From positions 3,328,001 through 3,392,000 of the forward strand of contig CAWKDB010000010.1 of assembly GCA_963848295.1 (NCBI GenBank): DNA of 64,000 nt, read 5' to 3'. The number at the start of each line of letters is the position of its first letter. Positions within the stretch are counted from its first letter, which is position 1. This document shows positions 30,668 through 39,927 of the stretch, piece by piece. The notes beneath the pieces were generated by a model. That model was not told the DNA's origin, searched no databases, and saw nothing but the letters and a program-made list of their open reading frames with translations. Position numbers and translations under genes: made by a program. The DNA is from an uncultured delta proteobacterium. GTDB lineage: Bacteria > Myxococcota_A > Polyangia > Haliangiales > Haliangiaceae.

Positions 30668-31510
30668 TTACTGGAGCAGCTTGAGGGCGGCGGACGGGAT
30701 CTGGTTCGCCTGCGACAGCACCGAGATGCCGGCCTGTTGCAGGATGTTCTCCTGCGTCATCTGCGCCGTCTCCGACGCGATGTCGGTGTCGGTGATGCCG
30801 GAGTTCGCGGCGGTCAGGTTCGTGGTCGTGGTCGACAGGTTGCTGATCGCGACCTGCATCCGGTTCTGCACCGCGCCGAGGTTCGCGCGTGCGGTCGACA
30901 GCTGGTTGATCGCCGCGTCGAAGGCGCCGAGGGCGGCTTGCGCGTTGGTCGCGGTCGACAGGCTGCACGATGCGAGGTGGAGCGACGTGGAGCCGAGCGT
31001 CGAGACCGCGAGGCGGGTGATGCTCATCGACAACCGGTCGTTCGCCGTGTTGTAGATGCCGACCTGGAACGTCAGGCCCGACGACGCGCTGCCGTCGAGC
31101 AGGTTCTGACCGTTGAAGTTCGTCGTGCTGCTGATCCGGTTGATTTCCGACGACAGCTGCGTGAACTCGGTCTGGATGTAACCGCGCTGGGTCGCGCCGA
31201 GCGTCGAGTTCGAGGACTCGACCGCGAGCTGGCGCATGCGCGACACGATGTCCTGCATCTGGCTCATGCCGCCTTCAGCGACCTGCGACAGCGACACCGC
31301 GTCGTTCGCGTTCTGCTGCGCTTGGCCGAGGCTCTTGATATCGGCGTTCAGCGACTCGCTGATGCCGAGTCCGGCCGCGTCGTCCGCAGCGCTGTTGATG
31401 CGCATACCGCTCGACAGCCGCTGGATCGACTGCGAGAGGGCATCCTGCGACTTGTTGAGGTTCTGCTGCGCTTCGAGGGACGTGACGTTGGTCAGAAGAG
31501 AGATGCTCAT
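30668..31510 (-). CDS. fliC: Flagellin (280 aa, minimal outer domains)
   Basis: QRLSSGMRINSAADDAAGL, NFNGQNLLDG, RANLGAVQNR, DTDIASE, ILQQAG.SVLSQAN. Confidence 0.97.
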   Translation of the reverse strand: MSISLLTNVTSLEAQQNLNKSQDALSQSIQRLSSGMRINSAADDAAGLGISESLNADIKSLGQAQQNANDAVSLSQVAEGGMSQMQDIVSRMRQLAVESSNSTLGATQRGYIQTEFTQLSSEINRISSTTNFNGQNLLDGSASSGLTFQVGIYNTANDRLSMSITRLAVSTLGSTSLHLASCSLSTATNAQAALGAFDAAINQLSTARANLGAVQNRMQVAISNLSTTTTNLTAANSGITDTDIASETAQMTQENILQQAGISVLSQANQIPSAALKLLQ

Positions 31511-31577
31511 GACATTTCCTTTTGGGGGATTGGACCTAGTCGGTCCCGCACGTTGACTCGTCCGGATCCCGGACTGA

Positions 31578-32459
31578 TCAAGGGGTGGTCGTCGGCGACA
31601 GCGACGCGAGCACGTGGGCCGAGACCGCTTGCGTGATCTGGAGCGCTTGCGTCGACTGCGCGAGGTTGCTCGCCGCGGTGACCGCGTCGGCCTGCGTGAG
31701 GTTCGAGATCTCGCCGGCGAGCTGGGTCTCGAGCGCCTGGCGAGCGCTGTCGGTGTCGTTCAACACCGACATCGCGGTTCCACCGGTCGAGCGCGCCAGC
31801 GAGACCTGATCGGTCGCGGTCGACAGCGAGCCGAGCGACGACTGGATACCCGCCAGGTCATTGGCCGACAGCGCGGTCGCGAGCTGCTGCAGCTGCGGAA
31901 GGATATCCACGCCGTTCGTCGCGGTGAGCGCGACGCCCGAGACGCTCGCCGTGAGTGTGCCGCTATCGCTCGTCGCGATCGTGCGCGTCGAGCTGTCGCC
32001 CTGGTAGACCCCATTCGAGTCGAACGGAGCGGTATCCGAGGCGTCGCCGGCGAGCAGATACGAGCCGTCGGACGCCTGTTGGTTCGCCGCGCTCAGCGCG
32101 GTCTGGAACAACCCGGCGACCTGGACGCCGAGCGACGCGCGTTCGGCGGCGTTGTAGGTTCCCGAGGACGCCTGCACGGCGAGTGCGCGAGCCTGCGAGA
32201 CCACGTCCGCGATCGTCGACAGCGCGCCATCGGTTTGTTGCAGCTGGTCGAGCGTCGTCGAGATCGCCTTACCGCCGCCCTGGCTGAGCATCTGGTGGAT
32301 CTTGTCGCGCTGAGCCGTCGCCCATGCGACCGGATCGTCCGACGGCACCGCGACGCGCAGTCCCGAGGTGGCGACCTCGCTCGCCTCCGCGACCGCCGAC
32401 TGCGCGCGGGCAGCGGCCTCGTTCGCGACGTCGACGATGTGAGTGGAGGTCACGCGCAT
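31578..32459 (-). CDS. flgL: Hook-filament junction protein FlgL
   Basis: MRVT, SGLRV..PSDDPV, YLLAG..SDTAPF, YQGD. Confidence 0.85.
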   Translation of the reverse strand: MRVTSTHIVDVANEAAARAQSAVAEASEVATSGLRVAVPSDDPVAWATAQRDKIHQMLSQGGGKAISTTLDQLQQTDGALSTIADVVSQARALAVQASSGTYNAAERASLGVQVAGLFQTALSAANQQASDGSYLLAGDASDTAPFDSNGVYQGDSSTRTIATSDSGTLTASVSGVALTATNGVDILPQLQQLATALSANDLAGIQSSLGSLSTATDQVSLARSTGGTAMSVLNDTDSARQALETQLAGEISNLTQADAVTAASNLAQSTQALQITQAVSAHVLASLSPTTTP

Positions 32460-32466
32460 CGGGTCC

Positions 32467-33828
32467 TCATAGGTTCTGGATCAGCGAGCTCAACATGTCG
32501 TCGACCGCCGAGACGAACTTGGTCAGCGCCGCGGTCGTGTTCTGGAACTTCGCGAGATTCGCCTCTTCCTCGTTCTCGTCGACGCCCGACAGCGAGTCCT
32601 GGAGATCGCCGAGGTGGTCGGCCACGGCCTGGTCGGTCGTCGTACTGGCCTTCGCGTCAGCGACCTGGGTGCCGAGGCCGGTCGAGATATCGAGGGCGGC
32701 GTCGGTGAGCGACCGCGTTCCCCCGCTCGCGACCTGCTGGCTCGATAGCGCAAACAGCGCCTGCGCGCCCGCGTTGCTACCGCTCGCGCCGCCGACCGCG
32801 GCGGTGGCGAGCTGGTTGCTGTTGGCGGCGAGGCCGGGATCGAGCGTCAGCGCCGCCGCCGCGCCCGCGACCTGCGTGAGCGGGGTGAAGATGGTGCGAC
32901 CCGAGACACCGTCGAGCCCGGCGTTCGCCGTCGACACCGCGTTGAAGCTCGTCGCGACGTCCGATGCGTACTGGTCGTACTGTGCGGCGATCGTCGTGAG
33001 CTGGCCGCGCACCGCGAGCTCGCCGCCGAGCGAGCCACCCGAGATCTGCGTGGTCACGTCGCGCGTGGTCGAGCCGAGCGTGACGGTGACATCGTTGAGC
33101 CCGGTCGTCGCGTCCGGCGTCGCTTGCATCGTCGCGGCCTGCTGGCCATCGACCAAGACGGCGCCACCGTCGAGGATGAACCGCATCTGTCCATCGCTGC
33201 CGATCTGAGCCTGGCCGCCGACGAGCTGTGCGAGCTGCTGGGCGAGCGAGTCGCGGCGGTCCTGCGCGGTCGGATCGGAGGACGTCGCGACCGCCTTGTT
33301 CGCCGCCGCGAGCTGGTTCGCCAGCGACGTCGCTTGCGTCGCGATGTCGGCGACCTGCTGGTCGGCCGAGCTCGTCGCGGTGGCGACCGTGCTCGCCGCC
33401 GAGTTGATCGAGCCGACGAACGTGCCGAGCGCCGCCACCGTGGCATCGCGCAGGCTCTTGTCGGTCGGCGACGCCGACACCTGGTCGAGGTCGGAGAACA
33501 CGTTCGCGAGCTGATCGGTGATCGACGGGCCGGCGGCGAGCGTGTCCTCGAGATCGGACAGCGCATCGCTCGTCGTCTGTGACCGGCTCAGCGAGCCCTG
33601 CGACGATCGGATCTGCGTGGACAGCAGCTCGCTCGCCGCTCGAGTCGGCGAGCCCGCTACGACGCCCCCGAGCGACGGAGGCCCGATCAGGCTGTCGAGC
33701 TGCACGCTCTCGCGCGAGTAGCCCTGCGTGTTCATGTTCGCGACGTTGTTCGTCGCGACCGCCACTCCACTGTTCTGCGCCGAGATCGCGCTCGCGCCGA
33801 GGTTGAGGAGTGACAGTAAGTCGGACAT
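32467..33828 (-). CDS. flgK: Hook-associated protein FlgK
   Basis: NNVANMNTQGYSRE, DRRD, SGVDENEEEANL.KFQ. Confidence 0.9.
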   Translation of the reverse strand: MSDLLSLLNLGASAISAQNSGVAVATNNVANMNTQGYSRESVQLDSLIGPPSLGGVVAGSPTRAASELLSTQIRSSQGSLSRSQTTSDALSDLEDTLAAGPSITDQLANVFSDLDQVSASPTDKSLRDATVAALGTFVGSINSAASTVATATSSADQQVADIATQATSLANQLAAANKAVATSSDPTAQDRRDSLAQQLAQLVGGQAQIGSDGQMRFILDGGAVLVDGQQAATMQATPDATTGLNDVTVTLGSTTRDVTTQISGGSLGGELAVRGQLTTIAAQYDQYASDVATSFNAVSTANAGLDGVSGRTIFTPLTQVAGAAAALTLDPGLAANSNQLATAAVGGASGSNAGAQALFALSSQQVASGGTRSLTDAALDISTGLGTQVADAKASTTTDQAVADHLGDLQDSLSGVDENEEEANLAKFQNTTAALTKFVSAVDDMLSSLIQNL

Positions 33829-33830
33829 GA

Positions 33831-34175
33831 CTAGTAGCGAGCGTGAAGTCGATGCGAGGTCGTTTCGGTCCGGCGCGCGTGGCGGTCGTAACCGGTGACT
33901 TCGCGGCCGAGCAGCGCTCGGACCGCGGCGGTCGCGGTCGCGGCGAGCATCGCGGTCGCGCGCGCTTCCGCACGGATCGCTTCGAACAATGCTTTGATCG
34001 CAGGCGACGGGTGCGCGGGTCGTATGCTCGCTAGCCGGTCGGCGACGAGTCGCTTGTTCTCGGACAGCCACGCGAGCTTCTGATGATCGAGCTTGGCGAT
34101 CGCTTTGCGCTCTTCGAGAAACAGAGCGCGCAGCTCTTCGCCGAGGGCACGCAGCTCGTCATCGGTTGCGTTCAC
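33831..34175 (-). CDS. flgN: FlgN-like export chaperone
   Basis: Between flgM and flgK; EERKAI..LD...L, GYD near the C-terminus. Confidence 0.65.
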   Translation of the reverse strand: MNATDDELRALGEELRALFLEERKAIAKLDHQKLAWLSENKRLVADRLASIRPAHPSPAIKALFEAIRAEARATAMLAATATAAVRALLGREVTGYDRHARRTETTSHRLHARY

Positions 34176-34453
34176 GAAGTCGCCCCGCGGACCGAGTCGT
34201 CATCGAGAATGCGCGATGCGAGTTGATCGAGATCGATCGGATACGTGCCGGTCTCGAGCTGCGTGCGGATCTTCGCGATCTTCGCGGTCACCGCAGCGTC
34301 ACTCTTGTCCACCTCACCCGTCGAGCTCGCCGCGGACGTCGCTGCAGGAGACAGCTCGACGATATCGGCGTTGGTTCCGCGGGCGCGCGGAGGCTGTGCG
34401 TCGCGGGGCTCTTGAGCACTGATCGGAACGACAACCTTGGGATCGATTCGCAT
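34172..34453 (-). CDS. flgM: Anti-sigma28 factor FlgM
   Basis: VELS, KIAKIRTQLETGTYPID...LASRIL. Confidence 0.88.
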   Translation of the reverse strand: MRIDPKVVVPISAQEPRDAQPPRARGTNADIVELSPAATSAASSTGEVDKSDAAVTAKIAKIRTQLETGTYPIDLDQLASRILDDDSVRGATS

Positions 34454-34467
34454 ATCGGGCCTCTTGG

Positions 34468-35238
34468 CTACCGAATCGTCCGAGGTTTCGATCTGTTGAG
34501 AGGGAGTAAGGGCGCTGGATCTACTGTAGTTCCGTCGTGGCGGACCTCGAAGTGGAGGTGGGGACCGGTCGAATAGCCCGTCGTGCCGACCGCGCCGATC
34601 GGAGCGCCGGCGTCGACCCGGTCGCCGACCTTGACCGAGACCGCGCTCAAGTGCGCGTAACGCGTCTCGTATCCTCCTTCGTGGCGGATCGTCACGAGGT
34701 TGCCGTAGGTCCCGGCCGGACCGGCGTGGACCACCGTGCCGGCGGCGGCGGCAGAGACCGGCGTGCCGGTCTTCGCGGCGAGATCGAAGCCGGGGTGGAC
34801 CGAGGTCGTACCTTTGATCGGGTCGATCCGGGTGCCGTACCCGGACGTCGGCGTGCCCTGCACCGGCAGCACGAAGTGCGGCGCGTCTTCTAGCCCGGGC
34901 GGGAGCTGGCCCGGCATCGCTCGAATCGCGCCCGTCGTGATCGGCGCCTGGGGCTGCGCGCTCGCACCTTTGTTCTCGAGTTGCTGCGCGAACAGCTCGG
35001 ACATGCCGAGCCCGCTGCCGGACGACATCTTGTCGGCGAGCGCCTCGTTGAACATCTGCTTGAACGTGTCGCCGGCAAAGCCGCCGTCGAGCATCCCGCC
35101 GCCATCGGGCTGGGCTTCGGCGAGCAGGCGGCGGGTGAAGAACGCCTCGAGCTGCTTCGCAGCGACGTGCGCGTCATCGGGCTTCGCCGGTGCGGTAGGC
35201 GTCGCGAGCCCGTGCGTCGCGTGCGCGACGTGGCTCAC
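34468..35238 (-). CDS. flgJ: FlgJ-type rod-binding domain fused to M23 peptidase
   Basis: AAKQLEAFF..LL, F..MFNEALA..MS..SGLGMSELF; then HPGFD, YGN, YAHL, TGYSTGPHLHFE; GTG overlaps the flgI stop. Confidence 0.8.
   Translation of the reverse strand: MSHVAHATHGLATPTAPAKPDDAHVAAKQLEAFFTRRLLAEAQPDGGGMLDGGFAGDTFKQMFNEALADKMSSGSGLGMSELFAQQLENKGASAQPQAPITTGAIRAMPGQLPPGLEDAPHFVLPVQGTPTSGYGTRIDPIKGTTSVHPGFDLAAKTGTPVSAAAAGTVVHAGPAGTYGNLVTIRHEGGYETRYAHLSAVSVKVGDRVDAGAPIGAVGTTGYSTGPHLHFEVRHDGTTVDPAPLLPLNRSKPRTIR
34473..34499 (-). promoter_or_regulatory. Possible sigma28 promoter of flgM
   Basis: TCAA-N15-GACGATTC versus consensus TAAA-N15-GCCGATAA. Confidence 0.4.
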
Positions 35239-36338
35239 AACATCTCCAGGTCGGCCCGCAGCGCACCGGCGGCGCGCAAGGCACGCAAGATCGACACGAG
35301 ATCGCGCGGCTTCGCGCCGAGAGCCGCGAGCGCGGCCGCGACATCGCCGACGGTGGCCGAGGTCGACACGACCTTGAACTCGCTCGCCTGCTCCTCGGCT
35401 TTGAGGTCGGTGTGCTGGACGAGCTTGGTCTGGCCCTTCGTGAGCGCCGCGATCGGTTGCGACGCGGTCGGCGTCTCGTTGACCTCGATCGTCAGCGCGC
35501 CGAACGTGATCGCGGCGGGTCGCAGCCGCACCGCCTCGCCGATCACGATCGTGCCGGTCTTCTCGTCGACGATGACCTTCGCGCGGACGTCGGGTTCGAC
35601 CTCGATCGCCTCGAGTTGCGTGATCAGCGCGGCGACGTTTGTCCGAGCCGCCGCGGGGATCGGGACGACGACGGTACCGGCATCGCGCGCGATCGACGTG
35701 GTCGGACCGAGCACCGCCTCGATCGCGGCCTGCATGCGAGACGCGGTCGTGAAGTCGGGCTCCTTGAGTAGGAACACGATCTGTTTGTCGGGAACCACGC
35801 TCGGCGCGGCGACCTCGACGGTCGCGCCGCCGGGGAGCAGACCGACGGTGGGATGATTCTTCTTCGACGACGAGCCGGTCGCGCCCTCCGACACGAAGCC
35901 ACCGACCGACAGCGCACCCTGCGCGATCGCCCAGGTCTTGCCGTCCGGGCCTTTGAGCGGCGCCGCGATCAGCGTGCCACCGACCAGGCTCCTCGCGTTG
36001 CCCATCGACGACGCGGTGACGTCGAACGAGGTGCCGGGCTTCGCGAACGCCGGAAGCTCGGCGGTCAGCACGACCGCGGCGACGTTCTTCGCCTTCAGCA
36101 ACGTCGGATCGATCGTCAGACCGAGCCGCTTGAGCATCTTCGTCAGCGCGTCCTTGACGATCGGCGACATGATGTCGTCGCCGCTGCTGTCGAGACCGAC
36201 GACGACGCCGATGCCGGTGAGATGGTTGTCGCGAACGCCGGCGATCGTCGTCAGATCTTTGATCCGATCGGCGGACGCGGTGCCGCCCGAGGCAGCGACG
36301 ACGCCGAGGGCGATCGCGATGACGGCGAGCGTACGCAT
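35235..36338 (-). CDS. flgI: P-ring protein FlgI
   Basis: RIKD...AGVRDNHL.GIGVVVGL, KNVAAV, DFTTA, AGALRADL. Confidence 0.95.
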   Translation of the reverse strand: MRTLAVIAIALGVVAASGGTASADRIKDLTTIAGVRDNHLTGIGVVVGLDSSGDDIMSPIVKDALTKMLKRLGLTIDPTLLKAKNVAAVVLTAELPAFAKPGTSFDVTASSMGNARSLVGGTLIAAPLKGPDGKTWAIAQGALSVGGFVSEGATGSSSKKNHPTVGLLPGGATVEVAAPSVVPDKQIVFLLKEPDFTTASRMQAAIEAVLGPTTSIARDAGTVVVPIPAAARTNVAALITQLEAIEVEPDVRAKVIVDEKTGTIVIGEAVRLRPAAITFGALTIEVNETPTASQPIAALTKGQTKLVQHTDLKAEEQASEFKVVSTSATVGDVAAALAALGAKPRDLVSILRALRAAGALRADLEML

Positions 36339-37021
36339 CAGAAGGGCCACAGCTTGCTGAGGATGCGACCGAGCCAGCCGCGGCGTTGCGTGTCGCTGAT
36401 ATCCCCGCGCCCGGTGTACTCGACCTCGGCATCGGCGATGCGCGACGAAGGAATCGAGTCGTCGTCCGCGACGTCGATGCGACGAACGACGCCGCTGACG
36501 TAGATCTGATGCTCCTCGTTACCGACCATCACGACCTTGCTGCCTTCGATCACGAGATCGCTCGACGGCAAGACGTCGATGACGCGGACGGGCAGCGTCG
36601 CGGTGACTTGGCCTTGGCGGTTGACCGCGCCCTGGCCGGTGAACTTCTGGTCCGACGTCGACGAGAACAACGTCGTCGGATCGATGCCGGGATACTTGGC
36701 CTTGAGTGCGGCGATGAAGCCGAGCGCGGCCGGCATGCCGTACGTCGTCGCGTCCGACTTGTTGAGCGTCGTGTCGGCTTGGTGGCTCGCGAGATCCTTC
36801 TCGTCGACCTTGATCACCAGGATGTCGCCGATCCGCGAGGCGACTGGATCTTCGAGCAGGCCCGGGGTGCCGTCGGCGTACAAGCTGCCGTTGCTCGCCG
36901 CGTTGCGGTTGCCGAACTTACCGTAGTCGAACTTGCGATGCTTCGCGTGATATGGCGCGATGTGGGTCACGCACGCGCTACCGGCGAACGCTGCGATCGC
37001 GACGAGCGCCAGGCGGTTCAT
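36338..37021 (-). CDS. flgH: L-ring lipoprotein FlgH
   Basis: AGSAC lipobox, NGSLY, IGDIL, SGVVR..D, SSRIADA, GWLGR...WPF. Confidence 0.93.
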   Translation of the reverse strand: MNRLALVAIAAFAGSACVTHIAPYHAKHRKFDYGKFGNRNAASNGSLYADGTPGLLEDPVASRIGDILVIKVDEKDLASHQADTTLNKSDATTYGMPAALGFIAALKAKYPGIDPTTLFSSTSDQKFTGQGAVNRQGQVTATLPVRVIDVLPSSDLVIEGSKVVMVGNEEHQIYVSGVVRRIDVADDDSIPSSRIADAEVEYTGRGDISDTQRRGWLGRILSKLWPF

Positions 37022-37689
37022 GGAGCAGCTCCGATCACGACCGTCGCTGGTGCAACCAATATGCCGTGCAGCAGGGTCTTGGTCGCGAGCAGCCGGACCG
37101 TCGCGGGCTCGCCAAAACGGGCAGCTAGCTCGAGCACGCCAGTGCCGCGAATCCGCAGGCCACCGCGACGGACGTCAACGCTGACGTCGGTGCCGCGGGG
37201 TAGCGGCGCGGGGAGCGAGACGTCTTGGGCGCCGATCGTCGCCCCGGCTTCGAGGTCGCGGGTGAGCGTTCCGCCCACCACTTCCGTCGCCGCATCATCG
37301 CCGACCGCGCGATGCTCGATCACGACATCGGCATCCGTGATCACCGAGCCGATCGGCAAGGCCGCGCGCATGACCGCCACCGCGACGACGTGCGCGATCG
37401 TGACCGGCACGTAGGCGACCCGGCCACGAACCCTGATCTTGATGCTCGGCCGGCCGGCGCGCAGGTCGCGCGGCGCTTCGACCGTGATCGAGCTCGGCGC
37501 GATATCGAGGTGCGCGAGCGCGGGCGGCACATAGATCTCGGCGACGCCGAACCCGGCAGGTAGCGACGGCTCGAGCCGCGCGCGAATCGCGTCGGCGATC
37601 GACTCGGCGTGGGCCGGCCGCGCTGTCGCCAGCGCGACCGCGGCGGTCGCGACGAGCACGAGCACCGCGGTGACGATCGTGCGCCTCAT
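37018..37689 (-). CDS. flgA: P-ring chaperone FlgA
   Basis: Signal peptide, SAF-like domain, RG..V.V...GGLRI...G; position between flgG and flgH. Confidence 0.78.
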   Translation of the reverse strand: MRRTIVTAVLVLVATAAVALATARPAHAESIADAIRARLEPSLPAGFGVAEIYVPPALAHLDIAPSSITVEAPRDLRAGRPSIKIRVRGRVAYVPVTIAHVVAVAVMRAALPIGSVITDADVVIEHRAVGDDAATEVVGGTLTRDLEAGATIGAQDVSLPAPLPRGTDVSVDVRRGGLRIRGTGVLELAARFGEPATVRLLATKTLLHGILVAPATVVIGAAP

Positions 37690-38471
37690 CGCAGCTGCGC
37701 CGTGTCGGACAGCATCTCGTCCGCCGCCTTGACGACGCGCGAGTTGACCTCGTACGCGCGTTGCCCGGCGATCAGGTCGATCATCTCTTCGACGACGTTG
37801 ACGTTCGAGACTTCGAGCATGCCCTGTTGGATCGTGCCGGCGCCGCCCTGGCCGGGCTCGCCGAGCACCGCGGTGCCCGACGCGGCGGTCTCCTTGAACA
37901 GCGTCTGGCCCTGGGCTGCGAGGCCGGCGGGGTTCGCGAACGTCGCGAGCTGGATCTTGCCGAGCTCGGTGGGCTGCGCCTGGTTCGGCACGGTCGCCGA
38001 CACCGTGCCGTCGGTCGCGATCGTCACGGTCTGTGCGTCGGGTGGGATCGTGATGCCTCCGACGATCTCGTAGCCGTCGGAGGTGACGAGCTTGCCCTCC
38101 GAGCTCATCTGCAGCGCGCCGTTGCGGGTGTAGGCGGTCGTCCCGTCGGGCTCTTGCACCGGCAAGAATCCGTTGCCCTGGATCGCGACGTCGAGCGTGT
38201 TGCCGGTCTGGTGCAGCTCGCCTTGCGACAGCTCGCGCGACGTGTTGACCAGCCGGGTCCCGAGGCCGATCTCGGTCGCGCTCGGCGCCATGGTGCCGTT
38301 GCCGGTCGGCGTGCCGGCGGCGCGCACCTGTTGATACATGAGGTCGGCGAACTCGGCGCGGCCTTTCTTGAAGCCGTTGGTCGAGACGTTCGCGATGTTG
38401 TTGGCGGTGACGTCCAGCTTGGTCTGCTGGGCTTCCATGCCGGATGCGGCGGTGGCGAGTGAGCGAAACAT
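37686..38471 (-). CDS. flgG: Distal rod protein FlgG
   Basis: SGMEAQQ, ANNIANVSTNGFKK, F.DLMYQ, LEVSNVNVVEEM. Confidence 0.95.
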   Translation of the reverse strand: MFRSLATAASGMEAQQTKLDVTANNIANVSTNGFKKGRAEFADLMYQQVRAAGTPTGNGTMAPSATEIGLGTRLVNTSRELSQGELHQTGNTLDVAIQGNGFLPVQEPDGTTAYTRNGALQMSSEGKLVTSDGYEIVGGITIPPDAQTVTIATDGTVSATVPNQAQPTELGKIQLATFANPAGLAAQGQTLFKETAASGTAVLGEPGQGGAGTIQQGMLEVSNVNVVEEMIDLIAGQRAYEVNSRVVKAADEMLSDTAQLR

Positions 38472-38491
38472 GTTGGCTCCTGTGCTCCTGG

Positions 38492-39202
38492 TTATTTCGG
38501 TCCGCCGAGATCGCGCGCCGCGCGATCCTCGCAGTCGTGATAGCCCTGGATGATCTTCATCAGCGACTCGTAGGTGCGCGACTCCTTGACGAGCTCGACG
38601 ACGCCGCGCACGATGTTGACGTTCGAAGACTCGAGCATGCCGGACCGCACTTTCGGCGGGTCACCGGCTGCGGGCGCGCCGGACGCCGAGAACAGCGAGC
38701 TGCCTTCGCGCTTCATCTGATTCGTCGCGAACCGGGTGAGCGCGAGCTTGCCGAGCGGTTGGCCGTCGGCGGTGACCATCCCATCGATCCCGACCGTGAC
38801 CGACGTCGTGTTCGGCGGGACCGTGATCGGCCCGGCGTCGCCGAGCACCGGGTTGCCGTCGCCGGTGACGAGCTGGCGCTGATCGTCGAGCTGGAAGTTG
38901 CCGGCGCGGGTGTAGCGCGTGCCGTTGCTGGTCTGCACCGAGAAGTAACCGTCGCCGTCGAGCGCGAGGTCGAGCGGGTTGTCGGTCGGGGTCAGGGCGC
39001 CACCCTGCGAGTCGACGCGAGCGGTGAGCGCGCTGACCGATGCGACGTCGGCGGACTTCACCGTGCCGAGCGCCTCCTTGAACGTGATCCGATCGCCGTG
39101 GAACCCTGCGGTGTTCGCGTTCGCGATGTTGTTCGCGGTGGCGTCGAGCGCCTGCGAGGCGGCGACCGCGCCGGCCGTCGCGACGTAGATGCCGCTGCTC
39201 AC
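38492..39202 (-). CDS. flgF: Proximal rod protein FlgF
   Basis: GIY, ANNIANANTAGF, YTRAGNF, LESSNVN. Confidence 0.88.
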   Translation of the reverse strand: MSSGIYVATAGAVAASQALDATANNIANANTAGFHGDRITFKEALGTVKSADVASVSALTARVDSQGGALTPTDNPLDLALDGDGYFSVQTSNGTRYTRAGNFQLDDQRQLVTGDGNPVLGDAGPITVPPNTTSVTVGIDGMVTADGQPLGKLALTRFATNQMKREGSSLFSASGAPAAGDPPKVRSGMLESSNVNIVRGVVELVKESRTYESLMKIIQGYHDCEDRAARDLGGPK

Positions 39203-39927
39203 TGGGCTCCTGTCATGGCTTCGGATCCGATGATCTCGACGCGCAGGCGAGCGATCGCACGACCGTGGAGCTGACAGACGCGCGACACGGTCACGCGCAA
39301 CACCTGCGCGATCTCGGCGTAGGTGAGCTCTTCGTTGTAGTAGAGCGACAACACGAGCACGTCGCGTTGGTCGAGCTTGTCGAGCGCGGTGCGAATCTTC
39401 GACAGCGCCTGCAGCCGGCCGGCTTGCGCCTCGGGCGAGTGCTCGTCGCTGGTCATCATCGCGGCGGTGTTGTCGCCGGTCTCGAGCGCGCCGACCGTCA
39501 CATGGACGAGCTGTTCGAGGTTTGCGCGGTATTCGTCGATCGTCACGCCGAGTCGCTCCGCGACCTGCTCGTCGCTCGGCGGCATCCCGAGCTCGCGCTC
39601 GAGCTCTTGGATCGTCTGGCCGACCTTGCGCGCGAGGTGACGCACGCGCCGAGGCATGATGTCGCCGCGGCGGAGCTCGTCGAGCACGGCCCCGCGGATG
39701 CGCTTCTCGGCGAACGACAAGAACGGCTCGTTGCGGGTGTCGTCGTAGCGCTCGGCCGCCTCGGTCAGCCCGAGCATGCCGGCGGCGACGAGATCATCGC
39801 GGGTGATCCAATCGGGGCAACGGCGAGCCATGCGAAGTGAGATCCGCCGGGCGATCTCGATGTGCTCGGAGATCAGCCGATCGCGTTCGGCGTTGGGTCT
39901 CCGGTTTTGTGCAGCGTAAGCCTTCAT
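39199..39927 (-). CDS. fliA: Flagellar sigma28 FliA
   Basis: DDLVAAGMLGL, RIRGAVLDELRRGD, SLYYNEELT..EIA.VL.VT.SRVCQLH. Confidence 0.93.
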   Translation of the reverse strand: MKAYAAQNRRPNAERDRLISEHIEIARRISLRMARRCPDWITRDDLVAAGMLGLTEAAERYDDTRNEPFLSFAEKRIRGAVLDELRRGDIMPRRVRHLARKVGQTIQELERELGMPPSDEQVAERLGVTIDEYRANLEQLVHVTVGALETGDNTAAMMTSDEHSPEAQAGRLQALSKIRTALDKLDQRDVLVLSLYYNEELTYAEIAQVLRVTVSRVCQLHGRAIARLRVEIIGSEAMTGAQ

